From the NCBI RefSeq assembly GCF_009914755.1, contig NC_060930.1: a stretch of 64,000 nucleotides of DNA, one strand, 5' to 3'. This DNA comes from the human T2T-CHM13v2.0 reference genome, Homo sapiens. The notes beneath the pieces were generated by a model. That model saw only the letters and a list, made by a program, of their open reading frames with translations. It ran no database searches and had not been told where the DNA came from. Shown here piece after piece: positions 1 to 16,620 of this stretch. Each line of letters begins with the position of its first letter. Position 1 is the stretch's first letter. A program made the translations under genes and the position numbers.

Positions 1-839
1 GCAGTTTAAGTAATAACAGACAAAATCTACGTGAAAAAATAAACATGTTTAACCTATGAGCCAAAAGTAAGTGAATGGCTTTTAAGGCAGATAAATTATC
101 TGTAATTTAAAACTCACTTTTCTCTACACCTAGTAGAAGAAAGGGCAATTTTAGCATTTTGTAGACAGTGTTTCCTAAATTGGTGGAATAAATATTTATT
201 GCCACAATCTTGGTAAAGTTACGATTTTCAAAGATTATGCAATGGCCTTTGCCTATTAATTTTGTTCATCTTGCACAAAAAGCTATATGTTTCTTTCACA
301 TATTTTGATATTTCATGCTTGTTTTTCTGTAATTGTAATAATAATAATGTCTTAAGTTTTAACTCAAGGGCTGAGGAATGTTTTTCCTTGTTCATTTAAA
401 TCATTCCAAGAAGGTGGGTTAGAAAAAGGCCTATGTGACTTTTAATATAATTTATTTTTCATCTGTCATCTCTCACAGTTTCACATAATTCTTATTTGTA
501 ATCTCAAAGTATGCATACTGATTTGTTTTTTTAATTTTTTCCTTACTGTAATTTGAAAAGGTAATCACTTCATGCATTTGAAAAAATGAAATCAATATTA
601 TCAATTTGTTTAAATTTTCCCCTCCTTTAGTTACCCTTAAAGATCTTGGAATGTATATATTTCTTTGACACATGTGGACAGTGGTATGATAATTTTTTTC
701 AGTATTATAAATGCTTCCTTGATGCATTTCATCTCTAATCAATATTATAGAGGCAACAAAATGTAAAGTATACATTGAGTGTGAGCCTGACATTATCCAT
801 AGACCCATGCCATGGCCTTAGATAATCAACATATCCACC

Positions 840-3155
840 TGTATTAGTCGATTCTCAAGCTGTTATAATTATGTACCTGACGCTGGGTAATTTATAAAGG
901 AAAGAGGTTTAACTGACTCACAGATACGCAGGTCTGGAGTAGCCTCTGGAAACTTACAATCATGGCAGAAGGGGAAGCAAACACATCCTTATTCACATGG
1001 AGACAGCGAGGAGAAGTGCAGAGCAAAGCTGGGGAAAGACCTCTCATAAAACCATCACATCTCAGGAGAGCTCACTCACTATCATGAAAACAATAGGAAT
1101 ATAACCACCCTGTGATTAAACTACCTCCCACTTGGTCCCTCCCACAACATGTGGGGATTATGGGAACTACAATTCAAGATGAGATTTAGGTGGGGACACA
1201 ACCAAACCTAATCATTCCAAGCCTAGACCCTCCCAAATCTTATGTCCTCACATTTCAAAATACAATCATGCCTTCCCAACAGTTACCCAAAGTCTTAATG
1301 CATTCCAGCATTAACTTAAACGTCCAAGTTCGAAGTCTCATCTGAGACAAGGCAAGTCCCTTCCACCTTTGAGCTTATAAAATCAAAAACAAGTTAGTTA
1401 CTTCATAGATACAATGGAGGTACAGGCATTGAGTAAATATACTCATTCCAAATGAGAAAGTTGCTGAAACAAAGGGGCTACAGACCCCATGCAATTCTGA
1501 AAATTGATAGGGCAATCATTAAACCTTAAAAGTCCAAAATGATCCCCTTTGACTCCATATCTCATATCCAAGTCACATTGATACAAGAGGTGGGCTCCTT
1601 CAGCCTTGGGCAGCTCTGCCTCTGTAGCTTTTCAGGGTACAGCCTCCCTCTCAGCCGCTTTCATGGGCTGGCATTGCCTGACTATGGCTTTTTCAGGTGT
1701 GCAGTGGAAACTGTTAGTGGATCTACCATTCTAAGGTCTGGAGCATGGTGGCCCTCTTCTCACAGCTCCACCAAGTAGTGCCCCAGTGGGAACTCTGTGG
1801 GGGCTTCAACCCCACATTTTCCTTCTGCACTGCCCTAGCAGAGGTTCTCCATAAGGGCTCCACCCTTGCCACAGACTTCAGCTTGGACATCCAGGCATTT
1901 CCATACATCCTCTGAAATCTAGGCAGAGGTTCCCAAACCTCAATTCTTGACTTCTGCACACTTGGCAGGCCCAACACCATATGGAAGCTGCCAAAGTTTG
2001 GGGCTTGCACTTTCTGAAGCAATGGCTTGAGCTGTTGGCCCCTTTTAGCCATGACTGGAGTGGCTGGGACACAGGGTACCATGTCCCAAGACTGCACAAA
2101 ACAGCAAGGCCTTGGGCCAGGCCCATAAAACCCATTTTTTTTTCTCCTAGGTCTCCAGGCTTGTGATGGGAGAGACTGCTGTGAAGATCTCTGACATGCC
2201 CTGGAAACATTTTTCCCATTGTAATGGAGGTTAACATTTGGCTTCTCATTATGCAAAATTTTGCAGCCACTTGAATTTCTACTCAGAAGATGGCTTTTTC
2301 TTTTCTATCTCATTGTCAGGCTGTAAATTTTTCAAACTTTTTTGTTCTGCTTCATCTTGAATGCTTTGCTACTTAGATATTTCTTCTGACAGATACCCTA
2401 AATCATCTCTCTCAAGTTTAAAGTTCCCAAGATCTCTAGGGTGGGGGAAAGTGCTGGCAGTCTCTTTGCATAGCAAGAGTGACCTTTACTCCAGTTTCCA
2501 AAAAGTTTTCTTATCTCCATCTGAAACCGCCTCAACCTGGTCTTTATTGTCCATATCACTATGAGCATTTTGGTCAAAGCCATTCAACAAGTCTCTAGGT
2601 AGTTCCAAACTTTCCCACATCTTCCTGTCTTCTGAGCCCTCCAAATCTCTTGGAAGTTCCAAACTTTCCACATTTTCCTGTCTTCTTCTGAGCCCTCCAA
2701 CTGTTCCAACCTCTGCCTGTTATCCAGTTCCGAAGTTGCTTCCACATTTTCAGGTATCTTTACAGCAGTGCCCTGCTACCTGTTACCAATTTATTGTATT
2801 AGTCCATTCTCAAGTTGCTATAAGGACTTACCTGAGAATGGGTAATTTATAAAGAAAAGAGGTTTAATTGACTTACAGTTCCCCAGGGCTGGGAAAGCCT
2901 CAGGAAACCTACAATCATGGTGGAAGGGGAAGAAAACACATCTTTTCCACACGGAGGGAGCAAGAAGTGCAGAGCAAAGTCGGGAGAAAGCCCCTTATAA
3001 AACCATCACATCTCATGAGAACTCATTTACCATCAAGAGAACAGCATGGAGGTAACGTCCCCATTATTCAATTACCTCCCGCTGGGTCCCTCCCATGACA
3101 CCTGGGGATTATGGGAGCTATAGTTCAAGAGTGGGGACACAGCCAAACCATATCA
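840..3155 (-). mobile_element. Full-length THE1 (THE1C/D-type) MaLR retrotransposon: LTR 840-1214, internal region, LTR 2795-3155
   Basis: Both LTRs run TGTATTAGTC...AAACC(A)TATCA, the reverse of the THE1 LTR. The ~1.6 kb between them is THE1-int-like. 5-bp TSD CCACC (835-839) / CTACC (3156-3160), 4/5 match. Confidence 0.93.
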
Positions 3156-3483
3156 CTACCTTTATCTGATCACAAAAATTACAAAATAATAATATCAGTA
3201 ATAATCTCAAAGAAACATAGAGAAGATTAATAAAACACAGTTTTAAGGGCACTATTTGAGATGCTTTGTGTAAGCTGAAAATATTTCTATTCGAGAAATA
3301 AAATGTAATTTGAAAACTGTAATTTGGATATTCCATGATGACACATACAAAGAAAACTACAATATTTCCTTAGCTTTACATATAGATTTATAATTTATCA
3401 AGTACTTGTATGTATGATATTGTTTTAATGGCTTATTTCTATTTTATTATTATTAAACAGATGTTCTTTGAAGAAAATGTTGA

Positions 3484-3860
<377 letters not shown>

Positions 3861-4814
3861 TCATGTTTGTTTATTTTTAATACATTTACCTGATTATTTG
3901 AAATTGAGTGTCTTAAAATACATCTCTTAATTTGAAAATATTTCTGTCACATTTAAAATAAATAATTTATATCCAAAATGTAATGATGACATCAACTGGA
4001 GTTTGGGGCCTTACTATCACTAAGGCAGAGTGAGGAGAGACATTCAGAGAGGTAGAGACAGAGCAAAACGGAATTAACAAGCTTCTTTTAAAATAGGAAC
4101 TGACAACACTATTTAGGAAATTTGTCCTTCTTTAGCATAACTGATTTAATATGCAGAGTTTGAAATCTGACAGAGTCCTAAAGCTACTGAAGGCATTAGT
4201 GACTTTTTTCCTGAGTTTATATTAAAGAGTTTGAAACATCATATGAGCCCACCCTTCAAAGCATCAAGTTACAATGCTCTAAAGGCATTTGGCATATTCT
4301 TATTGACTTATAGACCATGGAAATAATGACAAAGGGAAAAAATTCTGCAGAGATTTGAATATATTTATTGTGGCTCTCTTGACAGTCATCTTATAACTTG
4401 ACTACCAAGTGGGGATTTTGGGGCCTGTTAGTGGCAAAGCTGTGGGGGGAAAAAAAAGTCACTTATTTTAAGCTACTGTAAACTTTAATAGTGCTGGACT
4501 ACTAGTGTGTTAACTTATCTCTACAACAAATTTTCAGTCTACTAAACAAGAAGAAGATGGCGTGAATTCATATAAGATCAAAATGATAAAATCAAGTGAT
4601 TCTTTTGTATATTTAAGTGTCTCTTGGGAGTTTTGTGGCTGTGCACAGAAGAAAAATTTCTAAGATGCTGCAAACTAAAGAAGGTTTTTAATAAAAAATG
4701 AGTTTTATATTCAGCTAAAATTGAATATTAAGTGATTTTGATTTTAAAATAGCAAAGACAAAGAAAAATTTTCCTTGTAAGTATGACAATAATAATATAA
4801 TAGTAATACAATGT

Positions 4815-5055
4815 AATAGTAATAGGCCTAACATCTATTGAGTCATTGCACAGATGCTGTACAAAATATTTTATACATACTTTCTTTCTTCTTCCACACA
4901 ACTCTATGAGGTAGGTTCAGTCATTACTTCCTCCACAGATCATAAAACTCAGCCATAAAACAATTCAGTACCTGGAACAATAGATCCAGTAAGCAGAAGA
5001 TCTGGGATTTGAATCCAGAGAATTTGACTCTAGAGCCTATTATTTGAAATACTAA
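4815..5055 (-). mobile_element. MIR SINE
   Basis: ACAACTCTATGAGGTAGG...ACAGAT...CTGGGATTTGAATCCAG...GACTCTAGAGCC matches the reverse MIR core. Confidence 0.75.
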
Positions 5056-5411
5056 TCTTTAAATCTCATTAAATGAATGACAGATTAATGCAGAGAAATC
5101 ATTTTGGACATTATCATGAGAAAAGATTACATTTTAGGAATGTTTTTTGGAACTTTTCATTCCCTGCATTTTAGTTCATCCTTTTCTCGCTGTCTTCTAC
5201 AACTTTCACTTTGGCCTAAACATGGCAATTGCTATTCAGCTACTTCTAAACTCAATTCTGGTCACGACATTTTTTACTTTGTTATCTTCAGATTAACAGC
5301 AGATAACTGAGGCAGTGGAGTATAAAAAGCATATATTTTGTGATGCAATATTCAATAAAAATATAAAATAGTCTCAAAGATATTAATATATCAAAAGAAA
5401 TACTAGGCTCA

Positions 5412-5731
5412 GCCTGGGTGTAGTGGCTTATGCTGGTAATCTCAAGAATTTGGGAGGCCGAGGTGGGAGGATCGCTTGAGTCCACCAGTTTGAGACCAGC
5501 CTAGACAACATAATGAGACCCCATCTCTACACAAAATGAAAAAAAAAAAAAATTAGCCAGGCATGGTGGCATGCACCTGGAGTCCCAGCTACTCCTACTC
5601 AGGAGGCCAAGGCGTGAGGATCATTTGAGCCCAGGAGTTTGGGGTTGCAGTGAACTATGATTATGCCACTTCACTCTAGCCTGGATTACAAAGTGAAACC
5701 CTGTCTCTAAAAGAAATAAAACAAATATTCA
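5412..5731 (+). mobile_element. AluJ (Jo/Jr-like)
   Basis: Full dimer with J-type GGAGGATCGCTTGAG. TSD AAATACTAGGCTCA (5398-5411) / AAATATTAGGCTCA (5732-5745). Confidence 0.92.
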
Positions 5732-6154
5732 AAATATTAGGCTCAAAGGACAGTCATGATGCCACATATTTCATTTTTTATCCTCTTGTTGTTGTAGGTG
5801 ATCCAACAAATAATATTATCTTGGCTATCCAAGTTAAGATCCAGTTAAAAGATATGAGGGGCAGAAAGATGAAAATGGGGATTTGCTTAAATCTGTCACG
5901 GCAGCGGTGGATTGTTAATACTTCACCCATTAATAAGCATCTTTTCTTTGCATAAATTGGCAGAGCTAAAAACCTACAGGCCTGTGCACAGTACAGGGAC
6001 AGGGCCTGCTCCATTAAGTTCACCACATGTCTAAGGCCAAACCAGACTCAGACTGGGAAGCAGGAGATACCAAAAAAGGGAGAAGAAAGTAAGGGGCTGA
6101 GCAACACATTCTTAGGTCCTTCTTCATAAAAGAAAGTGAGGTAAATTACTGTTC

Positions 6155-6182
<28 letters not shown>
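6155..6182. repeat. (GT)14 microsatellite
   Basis: Read directly from the sequence. Confidence 0.95.
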
Positions 6183-6188
<6 letters not shown>

Positions 6189-6729
6189 TTAACTAAATAG
6201 AGGTGATCGTTGAGGTAAGACAAATGCAAATACTAGCCCTCTCATTAAAAAAGAAAAGCATTAGGAAGTTACATTCCCCTTACCATTATTGTTTATATTT
6301 TGGTGTTGAAAGTAGCTTAATACTATCATACCAAACATTCTCATCTTATAATTTTGAAAACATACATGCAAAAATATAAAAATAAAGTTTTTCTATAATT
6401 TTACCAGCCAGGAGAAAATAACTGTTATGTTTCCCTTGGTATCATTTTAGTCTAGTTTTTTAAATATAAAATCATTAATGTGCATTCTATTATTTAGATT
6501 TACTTGCCTCTTCCTCTCTCTTTCCTAATCTCTCTCTCTCATGCACGTGCATATCATGACAATCTTTTCATGGTATTATATCTTATTCTAAAACATGTTC
6601 CTCACTGCACATAGCTCATAAACAATGAGCTTTTGTTAACAAACTCCTTTGCAGGGACATTTGATTTCTTTCTAGTTTTCATTCCTATTCTCACCACTTG
6701 CAACTACTGGGTAACTACTCATGGTTAAG

Positions 6730-8530
6730 TCACTTTTAATAAGTATATTGGCCATTTGGCTATCCTCCTTGGACAATGCCTGTCTGAAATTCTTGTCCAC
6801 TTTCTTTTAGCTTCCCTACCATTTCTTATGAAATTATAGATCTTTAAATATTCCAATATGACCTTCTTGTCTTAGACGTTTTCTCCATAGTTTCCTTTCT
6901 CTCACTTACAGACTCCATCATTTCTTTTTGTTTTTATAATATCATTTAATAAGCAATTAAAAAATTTTATGTAGTCCAGTTGAGTAATGTATTAGTCTTT
7001 CAATGATTAACCATTTAAATACATCATGATTTCAAGGTTATAAAGATGTGCTCTTCTAGATTTTCTTCTGGAAGTATTGTTTTGCTACTTCCACAAGGTG
7101 CCTGGGATTATTTTCTGTAAAGGGTATATGATACAGATTAAGTTCATTTATTATTAATATTACTATTTATTTGCTCATGTGTATATTCAATTGACCAAGC
7201 ATGGATTATTAAAAATGGCACACTTTTCTACTCTCTACCATGCCACTTTGGCCTGTGCTACATACTGTTTCTGGATTCTACATCTGATTGATTGTCTGCC
7301 TTCCTCCCCTAATTAGTATAGTTTTAGTATAAATCTCAATGTCCAATGAAGAAGTTTTTCCCACCTTGTTCTCCCTTGTCAAGTATTTATGGAACATTCA
7401 TGACCCTTTGCATTTGTGGATAACTTCTAATTGCATGTCAACTTCTACCAGAAACCTATGAGATTTTATTGGGATTTCATGGAATGTTTTGGGAACTATT
7501 GATATCTTTAAAACATTGAAATAACTGTTTCATAAATATAATATATTCTTCTATTTTATGTGTTTACTTATGTGTTCAATAATGTTTGAAATGTGTTTGA
7601 AGAGTTTATAAGTATCTTTCATTTGGTTTATTTCTAGATTTTATATTTTCAAATTTTATGTTATTGCTAATTACACTCTTTTTCAGTTTAATGTGTAATT
7701 GCTTGTTAATGGTTTAATAAAAATGAATTGATTTTTGTATATTGACCTTGTATTCATCAATCTGGCCAACATAAACTTTAAATTTTTATGCAGGTTTAAT
7801 TTTCTATTTTCATAATTAATGTAAATAATGGTAGTTTTATTTATTTATTTGCCATCACCCATGTCATATTGTGTTATTGCACTGGCTATAACTTCTAATA
7901 AATGAAAATGGTGATAGTGGACATTCTTAATTCATTTCCAATCTGAAAAAGATTTAACTTTATTTAAAACATTTTACTATTAAATGTGATAGTAGTTACA
8001 TAAAAGTCACCTATCCATATGTTTTTCCATCCCCTTTTAGATTGATGAATAAATGTCTTCCTAGTTTGCTTAAAGTTTTGTATTAATAATTGTTCAATTA
8101 TATCAAAGTTTTCCATGTATTGAGCTAATCATGTGAACTGCCTCACTTATTCTCTTAATGTAAAGAATTATACTGATTCATTTTCAAAAATGTTAAGCCA
8201 ACTCATAATTCTGGAAAACACAAATTTAATTACAATGCAGCATTTTTATGTACCATAATAAGTTTGCTAGTATGTTTTGAATCTATGTTTACATTTATGG
8301 ATTGATCAAATTTTTGATATCCTTACTTATTCTTTGGTGTTCCATCAGTTTCTGCAAAAGGAGTATTAATACTTTCCACTGCATATTTGATATTTTTCTC
8401 TTTTGTATATTTTTGTTTTATAATTTTGAGTCTATATTACTAATGGTATACAAAATTAGCACTATAATATCTTCCTGATAAATAGCATTCTTTAAATCAT
8501 TATAAAATGTTTCTTTATATTTCTAATCGT
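6730..8530 (-). mobile_element. Old L1 (L1ME-like) ORF2-region remnant, fragmented
   Basis: T-rich with L1 antisense motifs (TATTGGCCATTTG, GATTTTTGTATATTGACCTTGTAT, GTGATAGTGGACATTCTT, TTTTACTATTAAATGTGAT). Confidence 0.75.
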
Positions 8531-8859
8531 ATCTTATACTACTCTTCCTACACTCCAAACATATTTGGTTCAAATACTTGCTAACACAATTCAATATATG
8601 TTCATGATTAAGACCACATTATCTTTCTAACATAAGAGAAAAATCTCTTCAAAAGTCTCCATACGATTAAGGACAGATTGCATGACATGGAAAACCTTCC
8701 ATGATGTTCATAAAATTGGCTCTCCAATACTGTCTTCCATTATGTCCATCTGATCTTGTGTAGCCAAATCATTCTGGATATTGAGAAGTTCAGCTCCTAA
8801 TTCAAAACTATGTGTAATCTTTTAGGTCCAAACACAGGTAATTACAAAAATTAACTTGG

Positions 8860-8924
8860 TTAGGTTGGTGCAAAAGTTATTGTGATTTTCGCCATTACTT
8901 TAAATAAGTTTTGCACTGACCTAA
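8860..8924. mobile_element. MADE1 (Hsmar1-derived MITE), internally deleted
   Basis: TTAGGTTGGTGCAAAAGT...TTTTGCACTGACCTAA terminal inverted repeats. Confidence 0.85.
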
Positions 8925-9649
8925 ATAGTTCTCATGGGAGAAAGTTTTCCCTCTCACACCAGATTTGGTGCACAGCCAAGGTATTGCAGGCCCTGAAGAG
9001 AGTGCAGCCAACATTTCAGGCCTCACTGGCTGGTTATGATCTTATGCATAACTGCTTTCATAACCTGCATTTGGAAATCTCCTTATTGGAGGACCTCGAA
9101 AACATTTGGTCTCTACTCTGAATCAGCATTCAGTACTTTTCCATTTCTAGCACTTTCCCCCCTCTCTCCCAATACCTGGGACCACAAAGGAGCAAGAATA
9201 TTTTGTTCACAGCTCTCTGGGCAGTGAGAATTCTCCATGTGGCATTCCACCTGATCTTCACCCAGTATTACTCCATGGGGAAAAAATAGAACATTTAGAG
9301 AGCCAGTGCTTTCTTCTATTTAGCCTCTTGCTTAAACGATCACATTAAGTGATTAAAGATTTTACAATTACTGTTATTTTGGCTTATTGTCTGAATTAGC
9401 TACTTTAACACCTAGCAACTCAGCTGCCTTTAGCTTAGCTTTTGATGAATATGTTATTCATCAAATGTTCATCATATGTTCCTTCCTTTTGCTGTTAGAA
9501 GTTACTAAAATGTCTATCCACTAAGTTACTTTATCCACATATTTTTATCTTTTAAGAATCACCTCAAATACCAACTCACTTACCAACTCATGTGACTATT
9601 TGCCATGTTGACCACTCTTTTAGGTTAGCTTCATATTATTCTTTTTTTA

Positions 9650-9880
9650 ATAATATGTATATACACACATATAAAACATATAATATATAATATATACACA
9701 TATATATTATAATACATGTGTACATGTAATATATTTATATACATTATATATGTTAGTATGTATAATATATATTAATTATATATTATACATATGTGTAATA
9801 TATTACACATATTATATACATTAATCAAAATATATAACATATGAAACTAGAATTTATATATATGTACTATATGTAATATT
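9650..9880. repeat. TA-rich low-complexity / degenerate (TA)n
   Basis: Read directly from the sequence. Confidence 0.85.
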
Positions 9881-9917
9881 CATTCTAGTTTGCCCAGTCA
9901 ATTACGTATTGACAAAT

Positions 9918-9969
9918 ACAGTACCTCATGCATAGTAGACACTCTCTAAATGTTTGAAGAATGGATGAA
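9918..9969 (+). mobile_element. L2 3' tail fragment
   Basis: CATAGTAGACACTCTCTAAATGTTTGAAGAATGGATGAA resembles the L2 terminus. Confidence 0.5.
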
Positions 9970-10246
9970 GGTAAATTACACAAATATGAAAAATTAATGG
10001 TATCTTCTAGGATATTTAAAAATTTGTTTCCATGTATTTAGTGTTAAGACAAATAGAGTCTAATATTATAACATTTAAATTTTGAGTCAATTAAAAAAAT
10101 GAGTGCAAAATAGATCTTCCATATTTTAGGTCAATTATGTTTTAGGTAATTAAGTTAATGTTTGCAACAATAGTTTCAAGTAAAAGTTTTAATGCATGTG
10201 GAAATAGTAAATTTAAAATATAAGATTACTCTGCAATAAGAGCAGA

Positions 10247-10496
10247 ACTTTGGGAGGCCGACATGGGCAGATCACGAGGTCAGGAGTTCGAGACCACCCT
10301 GACCAACATGGTGAAACCCCGTCTCTATTAAAAATATAAAAATTAGCCAGACATGGTGGCGTGCTCCTGTAATCCCAGTACTCAGGAGGCTGAGGCAGGA
10401 GAATCACTTGAACTTGGGAGGCAGAGGTTGCAGAGAGCCAAGATCGCACCACTGCACTCCAGCCTGGGTGAAAGAGCGAGACTGTCTCAAAAAAAA
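10247..10496 (+). mobile_element. AluS (Sg-like), 5'-truncated
   Basis: Begins at ACTTTGGGAGG. Has GATCACGAGGTCAGGAGTTCGAG, a complete right arm and a short A tail. Confidence 0.9.
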
Positions 10497-10519
10497 TTTT
10501 TAAAAAAATGAATAATGAA

Positions 10520-10830
10520 GGTTAAAAACTTAAATGTACAACCTGAAACTATGAAAATCCTAGAAGAAAACGTAAGAACTCCTTTAGACATTGGCTTAAG
10601 CAAAGAATTTACGTTGAAGATCTAACAATGGGTACACACAGGCATAAAGATAGAAATAACAGATACCAGGGACTCCAAAAGGAGAAAAGGTGGGAGGCTG
10701 AAAAGTATGAGAAATCATCTATTGGGTATAATGTTTACTATTTGGATGATGGATACAACAGAAGCCCAATCCCCACCATGACACAATATACCAAATGTGC
10801 ATGTTCCCTCTGAATCCAGAATAAAATAAA
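10520..10830 (+). mobile_element. L1PB-type 3' fragment with a large internal deletion
   Basis: ORF2 piece (CCTGAAACTATGAAAATCCTAGAAGAAAAC) fused at ~10622 to an L1PB 3'UTR that ends GAATCCAGAATAAAATAAA. Confidence 0.8.
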
Positions 10831-11299
10831 ATTATTTCTTAAGGGATAGATTCATAATGGCACTGAGAATAGTCAGAATAGCCGTAAAGTGGCTCAGACT
10901 TAAAATAATAGTGGATAGTTTGAAGAATACACAAAAACATACGAAATTATACATCCAAATGAATAGGACAAGATGGCAGTGAGGATGAAATAATTTGCCA
11001 TTTTTAATGGAGACATTTTGGAGAGAGATTTCAAGGTAGGAGTCTACATATCACAGAAGCAAAATGGAGAAATAGGACTGTAACCAGAGTAATTAGTTGC
11101 CAGTCTACATAGGATAACTATGCCAGTTGTCTTATTCACTCATTCTATGTCTTTGTACATCCAATATTGGTGACAGCAGTATTGGCTTCCACGCTAATAC
11201 AGAGATCTGTTCTCTAAGCAACTAAATTATCTGCTTGATAAAATGCTTTTTGGATGAAAATTTCAGAAATTTCAAATAAATATTGTTTACATAATATGA

Positions 11300-11725
11300 A
11301 TATTTATCTTATATAACCAGAAGTCTGAGGAAAAGACTAATTACGGACTGGCCTTTTATTCTCCACCTTCTTCAGCACAACACCTCATTTTTATGCTTGT
11401 ACTCATTGACTCAAAATGGACTCACATGCAAGTACAACACAGAAACAAAGAAAAATCTATTTTTATTGAAAATTTAGCAGAAGCATCTAAGGACTTCTTT
11501 TTTAGTTTCCATTGCTAAAATGGGACCAGATATTTGGCTTATATCTAAAACAAAATTGTTGACTAGAACAATATTTAGCTTGGAGAAATTATGATTTATG
11601 CCCTGAGTCAAGGCCCCAATTATTTTAAATTAAGAAACACAAACACATAAATAAAAAATGGGGTTGCTTTAACAAAATACTAGATGTTTAATCAACTGTT
11701 GGATAAGCAACAATGTTTGCTTTAT
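11300..11725 (-). mobile_element. Old MLT1-type (K/L-like) MaLR LTR remnant
   Basis: Weak similarity: CATTGCTAAAATGGGACCA...AAAATGGGGTTGCTTTAACAAAA...TGTTGGATAAGCAACAATG. Confidence 0.4.
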
Positions 11726-11943
11726 AGTCTTCTTGGTGCAGATGCTAGCAATCTACAGTTTTAACATCCATAATTTTGTATATGGAAGGTTGACATCATG
11801 CCTAGCTGATATATATCCACCCAGTATGATAGTCAATTTGCTTTGTCCGTATACAGTATAAAGAACCACACTCCATGCAAGGGATAGGGAAAAAGAATAA
11901 GTAGTCCTTCATACTCTCTACGCTTAATATATAACTTAGTTTT

Positions 11944-14270
<2,327 letters not shown>

Positions 14271-14272
14271 AA

Positions 14273-14639
<367 letters not shown>

Positions 14640-15930
14640 TCAGAATTAATATTTCTAAAACCTTCTCAAATAATTCTTATGCCTGACTAGTTTAGGCCCC
14701 ACACAACTGTGACATTCTATAATAGTCTAATTCAATTTGATGAGTAAAGTGAACTTAAATTGAAGTTGTTTTTCTAACTACATTGCCATGCATGTATGTT
14801 CTTCTCTCTTTGTAAATGAAATTGATTTTGTTTTCACTTCCACCCACAGATAATTTTGCTAATTGTTTTTAGCAAACTATTGTATTATTTTATGTTTGGT
14901 ATTCTTCATGTTGTAAATTAAGTTAAAACCAGAAAATATTTTTTAAAGTTATAAAATTCAATAACACATAGTCACACCAAGAAAATTCCCACAATGGTTC
15001 TCATATGTCACAACAGTGGCAAAGCCAACCTGAGCTCTGTTAATGTAAAATTAAGACATTTTGTCATGGTTGGGCCATTTACTTTCAGCTTTTAAGCAAA
15101 TAAACAGGTAGAAGAAACTTCTCCAACTTCTGAGGCTTTAGTAATGAGCTTCGAGGGTGTCTAAACTCCTCTCCATTTCTCCAAAGTTAATGACCCTATC
15201 AGAAATTACTGGGAGGAACGGTGACTGGTCATTAAAACAGTGAGATGCCCTAAGTAAAATGAAACGTAATCGCTTCTCCCATTTAAACAGAAGTAGAAGG
15301 ACTCTGGTCCTTCAGCCACCGCTGTACGAACAGCATCTTTTCCAGCCATTATCTCTTAATCATTTTTAAAAATTCTGCTTCATGGATCCTTCAGCCCAGC
15401 CTCTGCTGATGTTATGCAAAATGCTGGACATCACCAAGGATCTTAGTGTAAGGACCCTTTTGCCTGGTTCTGGCACTTGAGTTAAGAGATTTCTTTTTGC
15501 AATGCCCTCTGAGGCTTACTTAAAGGTTTTAATCCAATTTCACAAAGAATTGTGGGTATCTAAAATCTTTAGTTGAGATCACTAGCCAGATGGCTGTGAT
15601 CAAATAGGGATAATTTGTGTGACCTTCGCTAACATCAGCATTGCTAATGTAGGCAGAAAAAATGTAGCTGATGTCTTTGTTCACCAACTACTTACAGATC
15701 TGAGCTCTGGTTGTATCTCTACACAGCACAGTGAACTGGTGATCTCATAGGTTTTTAGATTAAATTAAGTTAATTAATATTAAAATTATATTTTTCTCCA
15801 GGTTAAATCAATTACTATACCCCATGATTTATTAATAGGACTTTTATTTACTTAATAAATAGGCTTTAATTAAAGTAATACTTTTTATCATATTGTTTAT
15901 TTTCATGTTTTTTATAATTCCGGAATGCCA

Positions 15931-16050
15931 TGTTAAATCAAGCTTAGCCTATAGCTGCTTTCTTATATATTTTAAGTTCAGCCTAAAGGTTTCTCTGTAC
16001 ATCATGAACTGAAACCTAAATAGATGTGTAAACAGACTGTAGCCTACTCT
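15931..16050 (+). mobile_element. MER57-type ERV1 LTR, 5' fragment only
   Basis: TGTTAAATCAAGCTTAGCCTA...AAGTTCAGCCTAAAGGTTTCTCTGTACAT...GTAAACAGACTGTAGCCTACTCT. Confidence 0.75.
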
Positions 16051-16339
16051 ATATTTTGTTTGTATAAATATTTTTTCAAACATTTACGAATTTTGTCCAA
16101 AAAGCACAGAAGCACACTTACCTAAAGCATATTCATTCTTTTTAAAATTATATTAAAGTGTAATACCCCTAGCATCACATTGATACTATTTGTAATATAT
16201 TGTGGAAATATATGTTATGTTTGATAAATTAGTTCAGCTTAAAAATTATGACTTTGACTTAAAAGAGAAATTAAAAATACATAAGTACAATGTAATCTAT
16301 CAAAGACAGATTCAAAAATTTAGTTCTGAATTTTCAATA

Positions 16340-16620
16340 GAGTACCCAATATCCATGTAAAACTGTTGAGCACTTGAAATGTAGTTAGTCCAAACTGAAA
16401 TATTTGTAAGTGTAAAAATTCACATTACATTTCAAAAACTTAGTAAAAAAACATAACTTTTTGTCTTGATTACATGATAAAATTGTAATATTTGTGGTAT
16501 ACTAATAACATTTGGATATATTAAATATGTTATATTGTTAAAATTAATAATACTTGTTTCTTTTCATTTTTAATGTGGTTGCCAGACAACTTAAAATTAC
16601 ATATGTGACTTGTTTTGTGT
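16340..16620. mobile_element. MER33 (hAT-Charlie) DNA transposon
   Basis: TTGAGCACTTGAAATGTAGTTAGTCCAAACTGA...TTTAATGTGGTTGCCAGACAACTTAAAATTACATATGTG. Confidence 0.75.

Noticed and set aside
473-808. 111-aa minus-strand ORF
   Set aside because: Composition reflects AT-rich DNA, with no homology or exon structure.
2591-2700. ~55-bp tandem repeat in the THE1 internal region (ESLELPRDL twice)
   Set aside because: I recall this duplication as a variant within the THE1-int family, so it is probably inherited from the source element rather than locus-specific. Not verified.
1539-3098. ORFs up to 177 aa in the first THE1, and similar ORFs at 28345-30659
   Set aside because: They are overlapping frames in THE1 LTR/internal sequence that differ between the two copies, with no intact coding frame.
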